Shown here in pieces: positions 51,202 through 63,560 of a stretch of 64,000 nt of DNA. Position 1 is the first letter of the stretch, and every line of letters begins with the position of its first letter. The notes under the pieces are model-generated. The model made no database searches and was not told where the DNA came from. It worked only from the letters and a program-made list of their open reading frames with translations. The DNA comes from Squalus acanthias (taxonomy: Eukaryota): the NCBI GenBank assembly GCA_030390025.1, contig CM059437.1, positions 77,874,001 to 77,938,000 on the forward strand. Reading direction: 5' to 3'. A program made the position numbers and the translations under genes.

Positions 51202-51930
51202 CTCTGGCGGTGTGTGCAGCAGTGGAATAGTGAAGTGAACTGACTGCACAATCCGAGATGAGCCTTCAAATGCAATGTGGCCGTGGCTCCTTTAAATATC
51301 ACGGCTGAAAACGTGTCATCGATGACGTCACCAGACCCACACCTTTTAATTGGGCCAGGTAATGTGCAGGGCGGGTTTAATAGGCCCCATTAATGTAAAG
51401 TCGTTCTGTGGAGCAGGATGGAGCCAGCAACGGGCTCACAACCCGCCATGGCAGCCGCCCGCACTGGACCTGCCCAGGTAAAGAAAATTCTGGCCGCTGT
51501 CTTTTCATGCCAGGACCTCTGATCATCATTTGACTGTGCATCAGCCAGAGACTGGCATCTCCTAAGCCTCCATTTAGATGCATCATGCTCCACCTCCAAT
51601 ACCTCATCATTCCTTGTGAGTTGTGAGTCACCCTATGTCAATTACTCATCTCGGCTATCTGTATCGAGCTAACCTATCTGGGCTGGTTAGTGCAGTGACA
51701 GGGTTCATGATGGGTTGGGCCAGTTTCTGTTGGCAGTGCCAGATGCTGAAGGTTCTAGCATTGGTTCCTCTTCTCTCTGCAGCATTTGTCCATGGAGTTA
51801 TGAAGAATGAGAAATGAAATGAGTGTTCTGGTTTCCACTTTTTCTTTCCTGTTCGGCTCATGCAAAGGTTTCTTCAGAGTTTGAGCCTCGAAAATAGGAA
51901 CCATTTCTGTTCTCTGACCATTAGCGCATA

Positions 51931-52225
51931 TGATGCGGAGATGCCGGTGTTGGACTGGGGTGGACAAAAGTGAGAAGTCGCACAACACCAGGTTATAGTC
52001 CAACAGTTTTATTTGAAATCACAAGCTTTCAGAGCTGCTGCCCCTTCGTCAGGTGAAGTGAAGGAATACGAATCGGCAAAGCATATATAGACAGAGAACA
52101 ATGCCTGTGTAGCGTACAATGTCAGACGACTACAGTTAATCTCAGAAAGATTCTGCAGCAGCTCTGAAAGCTTGTGATTTCAAATAAAACTGTTGGACTA
52201 TAACCTGGTGTTGTGCGACTTCTCA
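51931..52225 (-). mobile_element. PLE family B remnant with inverted terminal repeats
   Basis: Perfect 71-bp inverted repeat at 51971-52041 and 52155-52225; TSD cattagcgcata/cattagcacata; hammerhead motif inside. No ORF is present, so the PLE assignment rests on architecture. Confidence 0.75.
52020..52055 (-). ncRNA. Minimal hammerhead ribozyme motif (PLE family B)
   Basis: CAC-CUGACGA-A-GGGGC AGCA GCUCU-GAAAG-CUU-GUG; palindromic AAGCUU stem III. Confidence 0.7.
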
Positions 52226-52639
52226 CATTAGCACATAGTCAGCACAAACCATCTGTGGGTGCAGGCCGTGCCACATCTCCATCGCCTACAACATCTGCCG
52301 AGCATGTTTCCAAGATTTGATTTGCTTTGCCCCCTTTCCTGCCTGTCCTCCTTAGGAATTGTGCACAATTGTTTCCTGCATAACAAAAGAATGCTTGCTA
52401 CTATCAGTCACAGACTTTTGAATTTGACAACTAATTGAGAATTTTCATCACTTCGCTTGTGGAATTCCCATGGAAGTAGTGAGGCTTCAGCAGTTCCCAC
52501 ATGCATTGCAAAATGCTGTATTCATTTGATTGAATCACTGCAGATCATTTAGTGCACAGGGTGATACCCTTAGATTTGCGAACGCACTTTTAGGGTAAAT
52601 ATAGGTCTAGTTTCTGAAATGAACAAAATATACATTAAC

Positions 52640-53170
52640 GACAGCTTGCAGACTTTGAGGTCATTAAACGTTATCCTGCATTGGAGAGAGGTCCTGCGGA
52701 TTCGGGAGTTGACACTTACTACCTCTGCCACTTCTTTCCATATGGTCCTGGCTGCTATATTGATTGGTCTCTTGCAACACGGTGGCATAGTGGTTAGCAC
52801 TGTTGCCTCACAGCGACAGGGACCCGGGTTCAAATCCGGCCTCGGGTGACTGTCTGTGTGGAGTTTGCACATTCTCCCCGTGTCTGCGTGGGTTTCCTCC
52901 GGGTGCTCCGGTTTCCTCCCACAGTCCAAAGATGTGCGGGTTAGGTTGATTTGGCTATGATAAATTGACCCTTAGTGTTAGGGGGATTAAATACGTGGGG
53001 TTACGGGGATAGGGTGGGATATGTGTCGGTGCAGGCTCTATCTGCACTGTGGGGATTCTGTGATTCTCCCACTACCACTATTCCAATCTCCCATCTAATT
53101 TCAGTTAGTATAATATTTACATCACTCGCCGAGAACTTTCAGGCTCTCTTCTTCTTGGCTCCTTTGTGAT
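52640..53170 (-). pseudogene. Old Harbinger-type Myb/SANT remnant interrupted by a V-SINE
   Basis: ARTIWKEVAEVVSVNSRIRRTSLQCRITFNDLK at 52640-52773; a KKRAxKFS N-terminal part lies on the other side of the SINE. Confidence 0.6.
52774..53067 (+). mobile_element. V-SINE (HE1-like) tRNA-derived SINE
   Basis: A box ggtggcatagtggtt, B box gggttcaaatcc, V domain gtggagtttgcacattctccccgtgtctgcgtgggtttcctccggg. Confidence 0.9.
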
Positions 53171-53593
53171 CTATGCTTTCAAATTGCTGCCTGCTGATGC
53201 TGCTTTAAGAGTGGTCTAGCTTTGAGTGCAGCACTTCTGCCCTGGCGATGCCGTCCTTTGCACCCCCCCCCCCCCCTCCCATGAATGTTCCAGGCCCCCC
53301 CCCCAGAGTAAGTAGGCAATGTTGCAGGATGTGTGCCTTTGGACTATCCAGCAACAATTACATTTCCCAACCCTTGGATTCTGACGGGGTGAGTGTCCGG
53401 CCGATTAGGTAGGCAGAAGTCCAACTCTGCTGCACTTAATGACAGCAGATCGTGGGATTCAGGAATTTGGGGTATATATATATATATATATCTTGCTCAT
53501 GGCACTAACCATAACTCACTTGCGACTTCACTAATCATGAGTTATCAGGTCAGCCCACAAGTGGAATAAAAATCCTATTCTGTGGGTCTTCAT

Positions 53594-54280
53594 GGGCCTG
53601 AATTTGCGGTCGGAGGCTCTGAACCGCGATAAATCTACGCACCTACCTGATGGTCCAGGATCCACGGAGATGTGCGCTCCTGGGCCTCTACATGTAGGCC
53701 TGCGTAGAGGTCCAGGGGCGCCGGCGGTTCGCAAGCACCCCTGGGATCACGTGGACCGGCCTAACCAATCAGAAACCCCATAAGCTTAATAGGAATCACC
53801 CAGAAAACACATGTTAAACAACCATGAAATAAAAAATCATTACATGTTTAAAATTAATTTAAATGCAATTTCATTAAACATTTAAAGCAAAAATTTAATT
53901 TTTTGAGAAATAAATTTAAACATTTTTAAGGGGCCAAAAATAACACGAACTTATTTTGCAGGTTTTCGAATGTTCAACTGATTAAAAAATTTTGAGTTTA
54001 ATATTTATTTTCACCATTGCGCTGATAAAAGAAGGCCTTACGCCTGCTTTTACCAGGCGTAAGAGTTTTGCGGGCATTCGCTGGGCAAGAGTTGGGCAAG
54101 TAGCCCAACTCTCCGCCAGCGGATGCCCATTTCCCGGGGATGCGGAAGATCTGTCAAGAAGATTCTTGACGGATCGCAAGTTCCGGGTTTTCACGCGTGC
54201 GCAGCCCATGCGTGAACCCGGAACTTGCGGGGGCACTTATGGCCGCGCACGCAGTCATAGGCCACGGAAAATCCGGGCCA
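53594..54280. mobile_element. MITE with GGCC-type ends
   Basis: Ends gggcctgaattt and aaaatccgggcc; gggatcacgtg...ccaat block and AT-rich core as in the 20561 family. Confidence 0.7.
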
Positions 54281-54976
54281 ATGTATCTTCTGCTCAATAA
54301 ATAGTGAAGTTGTAAATATCTGAAAAAAATCCCTTTTGAAGTGCATTTCCATCTCTTTGCAGCATAAACTAGCGTCTCCCCTGAGATTTGGATTTGTAAA
54401 TGCAGTACCATGCCCCAAGACTTCAAGTAGCGCAGGGCTATGTTTTCCTTTGTTTGCTAATTAAAGCAAAATGTAGATGTGAACACGAAGTGGTGGTCCC
54501 TTCTTTATATTCACATCTACCTTTCTGTTAAAATGAATGAATGGAAATAACTATAAGCCATGGTTGGATTTTCTTTAGCCATCTTTCAGGGTTGTCGTGC
54601 ACGGAGCTGCGCTACACTTAAACAGGCTTAAATTAGCATTACTTTCCAAGGTGCTGTAATAAAGTTTTTGCTGAGGCACATGGGATATCTTTAAGTAATT
54701 AGAAACAAAAATAAAAGGGAACCAGTTAAGCAATTTACCAATTGAGAGAGAAATGCTGTAATTTTAAAACAAACCAAAAAGGGAGCCTTGCATTCTTTTT
54801 TTCCCATGGAAGGGTAAGAGTGCGGAAACTATTGCAAGAGCTTCTGTTTGTGTTACCCTACAAGAATTATTACATACTCTCATTAATCGGAAGGGAATAT
54901 ATTAACACAATCACCAAAGGTAATTATCTTATAATGTGGTTGAGTTTAAGTGCTACCGTTATTTAAATTTGCAGTA

Positions 54977-55203
54977 ATAACAACAGAAGATGCTGGAAAC
55001 ACTCAGCAAGTCAGGCAGCATCGTGGAGGGAGAAACAAAGTTAGCGTTTCAGGTTGATGACCCTTCGTCCCAGTTCTGACGAAGGGTGATCGACCTGAAA
55101 CGTTAACTCTGTTTCTCTCTCCACAGATGCTGCCTGACCTGCTGAGTGTTTCCAGCATCTTCTGTTGTTTCTGATTTCCAGCATCCGCAGTATTTTGCTA
55201 TTG
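54977..55203 (+). mobile_element. PLE family A solo inverted terminal-repeat pair, with a hammerhead motif at 55072-55108
   Basis: Inverted copy at 54977-55069 abuts the direct copy at 55070-55203. Flanks tttaaatttgcagta and tttaaattcggcagta form an imperfect TSD. Confidence 0.85.
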
Positions 55204-56858
55204 TTTAAATTCGGCAGTACTCAGCCCCAGAAGTTCTGAGTAGGTTGCAACCATCAGTTAAAATTTATAGGGTGGACTAGTGGTGAAGTAGATTGGATCG
55301 CTGACGTATGGTGGGAGCACAGTTGGGGAAGCATGGATAACTGCTGGATTCCTGATCCCAACTGCAGTGGTGTGGGAGCATATGGAGTAGCAGTTGCTTT
55401 CTCAGGAAGGGGGAAGGAGAGAAAATCATTTTACAGAAAAGACTGTCAGCTGCTAATGAAGATCCTAATTCTGTGTGAGAATCTATGAAATGACTACATA
55501 CACTCATCATCGGGTCCAACAATATGTCTGTTACAGTGCATCCAGACCTCGGGTATCAACTTTTCAAGCTGCGTGCTCAGCAGTGTTGTTAGATGTTCAC
55601 TGCATCTCTTTATGCACACCATCTGTTTTGTTCCTTGGATTCTCCTGTAATGAGAGTGAACTTTAGCTCCATTCAAATGTCGAAGACTTTTAAGTCCAGC
55701 CAGTGAAAAAGCCATTGCTGGACCATTCACATGAATTAGTTGAACAACATTGGCAAGTCTCTGAGTATAATAGGAACTTGCCTTGCCTTACAAGAGGACG
55801 ATTTGGTTGTTTTTCTGAATGAATTTATCAGTTCCATGTGATTTTTTTTTTTTTGAAAGTGCACACAGTGATTCTTCTTAATTTATTCATTCCTTCAAAT
55901 AAAAATAACAGTTGTGCAGGGCGAGGCATCAATGGGGATTAGAACTGCGCTTAAGTGGATCTGGCATTAATGTAGAATTGCAAAAGAGGAGAATGGGCTC
56001 GGTCTAGTCCTTGCACTGAGTTTCGATTTCATTGCAGACTGCTACCACGCTTTTGGCCTAATTTTTTTTTGGCTGCCTCTTTGCAGTGTAAGCACAAACT
56101 ATAATATTACTGCTGATCAAAGCCATTTTGTAGTTTTTTTGTAAGCAGGCCACAAGTGCTTGATTAAGTAGTCTCAGTAAGCCTTATCTGTAATCGATCT
56201 TTCATAAACATGTGCATTTATTGTAGAATTACCCCAGTCATGAATGTCTGGAAATTGTCTCACTCTACAAGAAATTTCCTCTTTTAAATTTAGCCTCTTT
56301 ATATGAATAGGAAATTACTTTTTGCTGATGTTGAGAATTAAGCTTAAAGAAATCTTGTATAATTTAACTACAGCAATAACAACTTGTATTTATATAGCGC
56401 CTTTAACGTAGTAAAATGTCCCATAAGAAATAGGAGCAGGAGTAGGCCATTCGGCCCCACGACCCTGCTCCACCATTTAATGAGATCATGGCTGATCTGA
56501 TCTTGGCCTCAACTCCAAGGCGCTTCACAGGAGTATTACAAGACAAAAACAGTTTTTTTAATAAAATAACCAATGTATCTAGTCTAATATTAGGATCAAT
56601 ATAATAATTATCAGGCCATTTTGCCAAGACTGTTTTCAAGTCCATCATTGTAATAAAAATTATGAAGTTGAGATATTTTACTGCAACTTTTAAAGTGATC
56701 ATTTAAGATTAGTCCAAACCTGCTCATGTTCAAAGACACCAAAAATGATGCGATTGGCTGGAGTTATGAGAAAGCTGAGCAACGAAAGGATAGTACAATA
56801 TAAATGTGAGCCTCTGTTATAATGTCAGGTACAATTTAAGCACATCTCTTTGATATAC

Positions 56859-57286
56859 GGGCAACACGGTGGCATAGTGGTTAGCACTGGTGCCTCACAG
56901 CGCCAGGGACCTGGGTTCAAATCTGACCTCGGGTGACTGTCTGTGTGGAGTTTGCACATTCTCCCCGTGTCTGCGTGGGTTTCCTCCGGGTGCTCCGGTT
57001 TCCTCCCACAGTCCAAAAATGTGCGGGTTAGGTTGATTTGGCTATGATAAATTGACCCTTAGTGTTAGGGGGGGATTAAATATGTGGGGTTATGGGGATA
57101 GGATGGGATATGTTAGGGGGAATTAAATACGTGGGGTTACGGGGGTAGGTTGGGATATGTTTACTGTGGGGATTAAAGCAGGGACAGGGTACTGGATTTG
57201 GATGATCAGCCATGATCGTATTGAATGGTGGAGCAGGCTCGACGGGCCGAATGGCCTACTCCTGCTCCTAGATTCTATGTTTCTAT
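56859..57286 (+). mobile_element. V-SINE (HE1-like) with a CR1-type 3' tail
   Basis: Same head and V domain as 52774; ends gatcagccatgatc...ggcctactcctgctcc...ttctatgtttcta. Confidence 0.9.
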
Positions 57287-58019
57287 AAGGAAGCTTGTTA
57301 TATAACGTGGTACAAATTCATCTGGACCCTTTTTAGGGCCCAGATTCAGTGATGCACAAGCAGCACATGCCTCGGCCAGGAGGCTTGAGGCCAGCCCAAA
57401 GTTGAGCCTCAGGCCTCTATAACATTGTATGCGTGTGCTGCCGGCGCCTGACATGCCTCCGCAAGCATTGAAGATGACGAATGTCGGGCCGCTTGCCTCA
57501 CCAGCAGTGACTCCGGAGCGGGTTTGGGGTGGGCAACGGTGGGGGGGGGGGCCTGATAACTACAACTGTGAAGTTGAGGGGAGCACACCTGCTCCTCCTG
57601 TCTGTACATGAAGTGTGTGTGTGTATATATAAATAAAACTTGCCTTTCCTTGGTGGCCGAAGCGGCTACTGAAGTATCCTGAGCAAGGCAGGTCTGGAAC
57701 CTGCCCCACTCATCGGAAATAAATTTCCCAAAGGGGTTCTTAAACAAGTGTTAGGCCCCTTATTAACATATGTAAGGAGCCTAACGCCTGTTTTAGGCAG
57801 CCTAAAAAATGGGCCTGACGAATTTAGCAGTGGCCCGATTAGGCGCAGGTCGTCCCGCTGATAAAGTTGTCAGCAATGTGCCTGATTTATACTCAAAAAA
57901 TGGATGCACGCATACCAATTTCTACCTCAATAACCTTTCACCCATTCCACCGCCAATATTATAACTTCATTCTTCCACTGCCACTGACAGTGCTGCACAC
58001 AACCATTAAGTGAAATAGA

Positions 58020-58784
58020 GGCCCTGAAAATTAAACCTAATACGCGAGAGTACACACTGTGTACTCTCGCGTATTAGATCCCGAATTGCCTGTTTCCTGC
58101 ATGCACTGCGCATGCGCGGGAAACCGGCACTTCGTGAATTGAAAAGGGGGCAGTTCCTAAGTGAACCGCGTGCGCGCTACAGGCTGTGCGCACGCAGTGC
58201 ACTTAGTTATTTTTTCAGCTTTGAACGCGCAGGTAAGTGGTGAAGATTTTACACATAAAGAAAGCAGGCGTAGGACACCCTTTTAACAAGGTAAGTAGTT
58301 AATTAAGTGTTATTTTAAAAAATTTTCAACAGGTTTATCTTTTTTAGAGACTTTAAAGAAAGGTAAGTTTATTTTTATAACTTTTAAAAAGATTTTAAAT
58401 TTTTTCAAAAATTTAATTTTTTGTTTAAAGTGGTTAATTTATTTAACTATACTTATTTTATTAATGTGATGGCTTTTTTTAAAATTTAATTGAGGTTTAG
58501 CTGTTCTTTTGGGGGTGTGTAGTATTCATAGCTTTGACAGGTCTTCCTGTCAAAACTATGAATGAAAGATGGTGTGCTGCCATTGGCTCTAACTGAATCA
58601 CGTGATCCCAGAGCTCGCACGAACTAATTGCGTCTCTGGGTCACACAAGCACTGCACGGTTCCAAGAGAGAGAGCCTTTCAAACTGAAGTTCGTGTGGGC
58701 CCGGAGCAAAAAGGTAGGCGCAGAGTGCGATATCGTGGGGAATCCTTACCCCCGCGGGAACCCTCACTGTTTAATTTCTGGGCC
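58020..58784 (-). mobile_element. MITE, second copy of the 20561-21323 family
   Basis: Reverse-complement similarity along the whole length; ends ggccctgaaaatt and aatttctgggcc. Confidence 0.8.
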
Positions 58785-60101
58785 ATAATATATTTGAATA
58801 ATGATCAGTGTGCTACTAACATAATGAGAGAGAGCAGTATTGAAAACCTCCCATTTGCTCCTCCAAATTGTAAACCGATGATTATAGAATAATGTAAATT
58901 GCGTATAAGGAAACCAATTCCAATGAATTTTAAGGTACTAAATTTGTTTGAAATTATAATACCTCTGAAACTGTTTGTAATAATTACAAGCATAATTGAT
59001 ATTGACCAGTTAGCGGAACAATATTCAGGTCTTAAGCCCATGAAGATCAGGATCTAGAAGATGCTGATCCAAACTCAGCTCAGTGAAACTGCCCAAAGAT
59101 GGATGTGTCGATACATAATAAAAATGTCTGTTCCAACATGGGGAATCTCCAGTAGAGTGCTCTCCCTGTTCTCTTCCCAACCCAATTTTCTTCCTTTCTC
59201 TCTATCCTCTCATGAAAGCAGTGATTCATGCTGGGGTAGGTTTCTACATACGGGAACGCAATAACACATCACATGTTGTGCTTGCCATGGGTGACTGACT
59301 GTTTGTTGACTGATAAAATAGGGAATATCCAATTTCCAGTAAAAGACACTTAGACAAATTTCCTTTGCATTCTTTCTGGGTCATAGTGAAAGTAGTAGAG
59401 ACAAAAATATTAGAGACATTCAGAATGTAGCTGGGAAAGCTAGCGTACTAGAAGGATGAGTTTCATTGGTCTGAATGGCATTTTTCCATCCTTGACTTTC
59501 CTTTTGTTCTCATGTACTTAAATCCCTCACCTCCCCCTTCCCAACTTCCTTAGAGTATTTCCCTTCCTATGTGTAGCAGCCACAACATTATTTCTAAATG
59601 CTTTCGCCCTGCATGTTTCCACATTCCTGGCATAGAGTTTGCTTCGAGGATTGCGCATATGTGGATGGTATTAAAAATGTACAATTACAGTCTCTTACAG
59701 TGATGTGACAAATGACTTTGAATAACATTTGCAGTATTAAATTTGTATTGCTGCTAAACTTTAGAGTGTATTTTTTTAAAAAGTAATACTAAAATTGCAT
59801 TAATCTCCCAAGAAGCTATGTAAACTTTGATGAGCACAAAGTATGGTAGGTTTTGCAAAGCAATCGCAATACAGAATGTGTGGGAGTCCCACTTACCCTT
59901 TGCATTCTCCCAACTGCAGCTGCAGCAGTGTATTTCCAGGACATGAATGGCAACTTTCCATCCTAAAGAACTGCATTAATTTTAAAAATCTTTCTTTTGC
60001 TAGTAAACCAAATCAAGTGAAAATCAGGTTTTGATTAGTCTGTACCAGTTCATAGCTTGTACTTTTTTCTTGATTTAATCTCAAAATCCAATGCAACTAA
60101 A

Positions 60102-60243
60102 GGGGGTAATTTTAATTGAATCCACCAGGTGGGATACTGACTGGATCGGATTGGATCGGGTCGGGTGCCTGTTTTGCACTCCGCCTGATGAGCATCCGAT
60201 CCGGATAGTTTCCCACCGGGTGGGTGAGGTTAAAATTACTTCC
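60102..60243. mobile_element. Short palindromic MITE; related half copy at about 15598-15680
   Basis: Ends gggggtaattttaa and ttaaaattacttcc, with inner arms ggtgggatact..ggatcggat and atccgatcc..agtttcccacc. Confidence 0.65.
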
Positions 60244-60359
60244 TGAATTTCAGTCAACTAGTTAACAGAAAATACTAATAATTTTTTTAAAATATTGATT
60301 GAGGTTTAAGGTACAAATTAGAATAACTACCCAACCATTACCTTTTGGGCTTCCTTTCT

Positions 60360-60712
60360 TAAGAACATAAGAATTAGGAGTAGGCCATACGGCCCCTCGA
60401 GCCTGCTCCGCCATTCAATAAGATCATGGCTGATCTTCCACCTCAACTCCACTTTCCCGCCCGATCTCCATATCCCTTGATTCCCCTAGAGTCCAAAAAT
60501 CTATCTATCTCCGCCTTGAATATACTCAACGATTCAGCATCCACAGCCCTCTGGGGTAGAGAATTCCAAAGATTCGTAACCCTCCAAGTGAAGAAATTCC
60601 TCCTCATCTCGGTCTTAAATGGCCGAGCCCTTATCCTGAGACTATGCCCCCTAGTTCTAGACTCTCCAGCCAGGGGAAACAACCTGTCTGTTCTGCTCAG
60701 AATCTTCAATGA
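60360..60712 (-). mobile_element. CR1 LINE 3' fragment
   Basis: LFPLAGESRTRGHSLRIR...WNSLPQRAV on the minus strand, plus the 3' UTR. Confidence 0.9.
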
Positions 60713-61856
60713 GATTTCTTCTCTTGTATTTCTTTATAAATATCATAATTTTCAGTGAAAATGAAAAGAATATCATCGTGATTTCCCGATGAATGGGATA
60801 GACTACATGGCCGAAGGAGAGGCTCTCAATTCTGTATACTGTATCCTTATTCTGATCCCAGTGAATCTAGCTGTAAATTGATCCTTACTCTATTCTCAGT
60901 ATTTCTTTGGCAGAATTTCTCTCCTTTCCATGCCCCCTCCATCGATTATCATTTTCACACTAGAGGTCAGTTTTGGGGTTGAACATGAAACCGTATTTGC
61001 TTCCGCCTGGTTGTTGCAGATGTTCCTCCAGAAACGTTGAGCCCACTGGTGTCGGTTGTGTTGCATACTTTCATCCTTGCATGTGTTTCTACCCTTACGA
61101 AATACATAAAGAGTTTGTTTAAAAGTTCAGCATGCAGCTATTTGGCATCTCTCGGATCAGATTAGGAACAAATGTATTAATTCTGTATGCTCCGTGTGGG
61201 TCCTGGCCCACATCAAGACCTAAAGAGAGAACATATGAAGGGTAGTTCTCTGATCATACACTCCCAGCGAAGAGCCACAGGAGTGCCGATGGAAGAATCG
61301 GGGTTACAGTGTTGTAACCCTGTCTCTGTTCTGCATCCCCTTCGAGTGCGGCACTCCGCTGGGAGTGCAGATTGCGCAATGACCCCTATTATTCTCCCTA
61401 GTTATACGTCCCGTAAAACCGCGGTTGGCAAATTCAGTATAAATGTATATAAACACAATAAAAAATATATAAAAAGCATAAAAATCATGTTATTTACCTT
61501 ATTCCTAAATTAAAAACCGTGGATACGCGAATTTCACTGCCGCGGTTGGCAAAAATTGTCGCAGAGTGGAAACCGTGTATACGTGAAATCCGCGTATGGC
61601 AAAACCGCGCTTGGGGCGGGATTCCTGCACAGTCCAAAATGATCGGTGACATTAACATTCCTAATTTCCTCTGGCCAATCTTGGAGGATGAGGCTCAATC
61701 TTTCGGATTGAGCAAGGTTTCAAAGTGAGTCGGTGGAGCTTGGGCTAGTGGTGTTTAAGCTGTGTGTTGGATCCTCAGTATTTTCTTGGTTTTGTTAAAA
61801 ATGTAATACAAACAGATAATATATAGAAATGAAATCTATTACATTTGAAACCAAGA

Positions 61857-62403
61857 GGTGGATTTTACCCCGGAGTGGTATCCAGGCGCTGGCTGGCAGA
61901 ATGCACTGGCCGGCCGCCCAGTTGAATTTGAGGACAAGGCCTCATTTGCATTGGGCCGATGGATTGTGGCCAAAAACCGAGTGTACCGGGGAAGCTCGCC
62001 GGTTCTGGGCTGAAGTATTAGGTGGCTCGGCCGGGCCAAGAGAAGATGGATTCCTGGGGGTGGTGGGGGGAGCCAGAGCTCTCCTGCCCTACAAAAATGA
62101 AGAGATAGTTAGTTACCTTTCGGGTCCTCTTCGGTCGCACCGCCATTTGATGCTGGTCGAAGCTTGCACAGTGTACGCCCCGGCCAGATCAGGCCAAAAA
62201 TGACAATCCGGGATCCTGTTGACGTCATAGGAACTCGATTGTCATTTTTAAATGGGGCTACTGCTGGGGGCTGCTCCAGCCGCCCAGCGTTAGGCCCCGG
62301 TGAGCATTGCCACGGCAACGGGGCGGGCGGTAGGTTAATTGCCCACCATTTTCGGGCGCTACCACCCCGTTTCCACCAGGCAGAAGGGGTGAAAATTCAG
62401 TCC
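61857..62403. mobile_element. GC-rich MITE; related element at about 35780-36450
   Basis: Ends ggtggattttacccc and ggggtgaaaattcagtcc; ggcctcatt motif shared with 35881. Confidence 0.5.
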
Positions 62404-63209
62404 TAAATGTCGTCTTCAACTTTTCTGCCAGTCTGTACTTGGTATTCATTGAAAGCAAAAGGTGGCACAAAATTGGCAAAAGGCCTCTCAGGCCTACATC
62501 CCATATGTAATTTAACTTGACAGGAAAAAACAAAATGTGTGATAGAAGTCAAGGCAGCTGCATAAATGTATGAGTTTTAGCAGAGCCTGAACACCAAGGG
62601 TCAGCAATGCTTTGATTCGCACTTCGATTTTCCAGAGTTCTGAGAGATGAGTGTAACAGGGAGAAAGAACAATGTACGATTGGCCCGTTGATTGGCCCAG
62701 GTATGATTCCATTACTTTTTGTTGTTACGATGAAGGTGGCAGTATAACGCAGCCACCCCTCTGAGACAGATACATTTTTGCTCATCGCCAGTGCTATTTG
62801 CTTCCTTTTTCCAGTACCATAACCCCAATATGTGCTATAAAACCCCTTACTGGCCATAATTGCGACCTAGTCGGAAGCATTTAAGCAGAACAAATCACCC
62901 CAGCCTGTTACCCTCAGTCAGAACGTATTAGGTGAGGCCTCTCCCACCGTAACTTGAATGGGAGAGCAGCGGAACCTCGAGGGAAATGGTGTAAACAGCT
63001 GTTTCCAGCCATTCACACCATTTCTCTGGGAGGTCCACTGATCTGCCGTTGAAGTTACAGCTGGGGATTTGGAGACCGCCTCCAGAATTTTTGTTCTTAC
63101 TTCGGGGCTCATCACCAGAGCAAATCTTTTGTAATGTGGCAGGTTTCCAGCAGGCTACTTTTTGACTAACAAAATGGGGAGTACCCTCTTGAGAGGTAGA
63201 GATACTTGA

Positions 63210-63560
63210 AAGAAGAAAGAAAGAAGAAAGGCTTGCATTTATATAGCGCTTTTCATGACCTCAGGACATCCCAAAGTGCTTACAGCCAATGAAGTACATT
63301 TGAAATGGAGTCACTGTTGTAATGTAGGAAACGTGGCAGCCAATCTGCGCACAGCAAGCTCCCACAATCAGCAATGTGATACTGACCTGATAATCTGTTT
63401 TAGTGATGTTGATTGAGGGATAAATATTGGCCAGGACACCAGGGATAACTCCCCTACTCTTCTTCGAAATAGTGCCATGGGATCTTTTACGTCCACCTGA
63501 GAGAGCAGACGTTTAACATCTCATCCGAAAGACGGCACCTCTGACAGTGCAGCACTCCCT
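63210..63560 (-). mobile_element. Deu-domain SINE, 5'-truncated
   Basis: (aaga)n tail and Deu core as at 28900. Confidence 0.85.

Larger units (their letters stand above)
46547..51494 (+). mobile_element. PIF/Harbinger DNA transposon, formerly autonomous, with two convergent genes
   Basis: Transposase on +, spliced Myb/SANT gene on -. Right end gaaaattctggcc; left end degenerate. Confidence 0.9.

Noticed and set aside
52774..52850. tRNA-like sequences (also at 56859 and about 29250-29310)
   Set aside because: These are SINE heads continuing into V or Deu domains, not tRNA genes.
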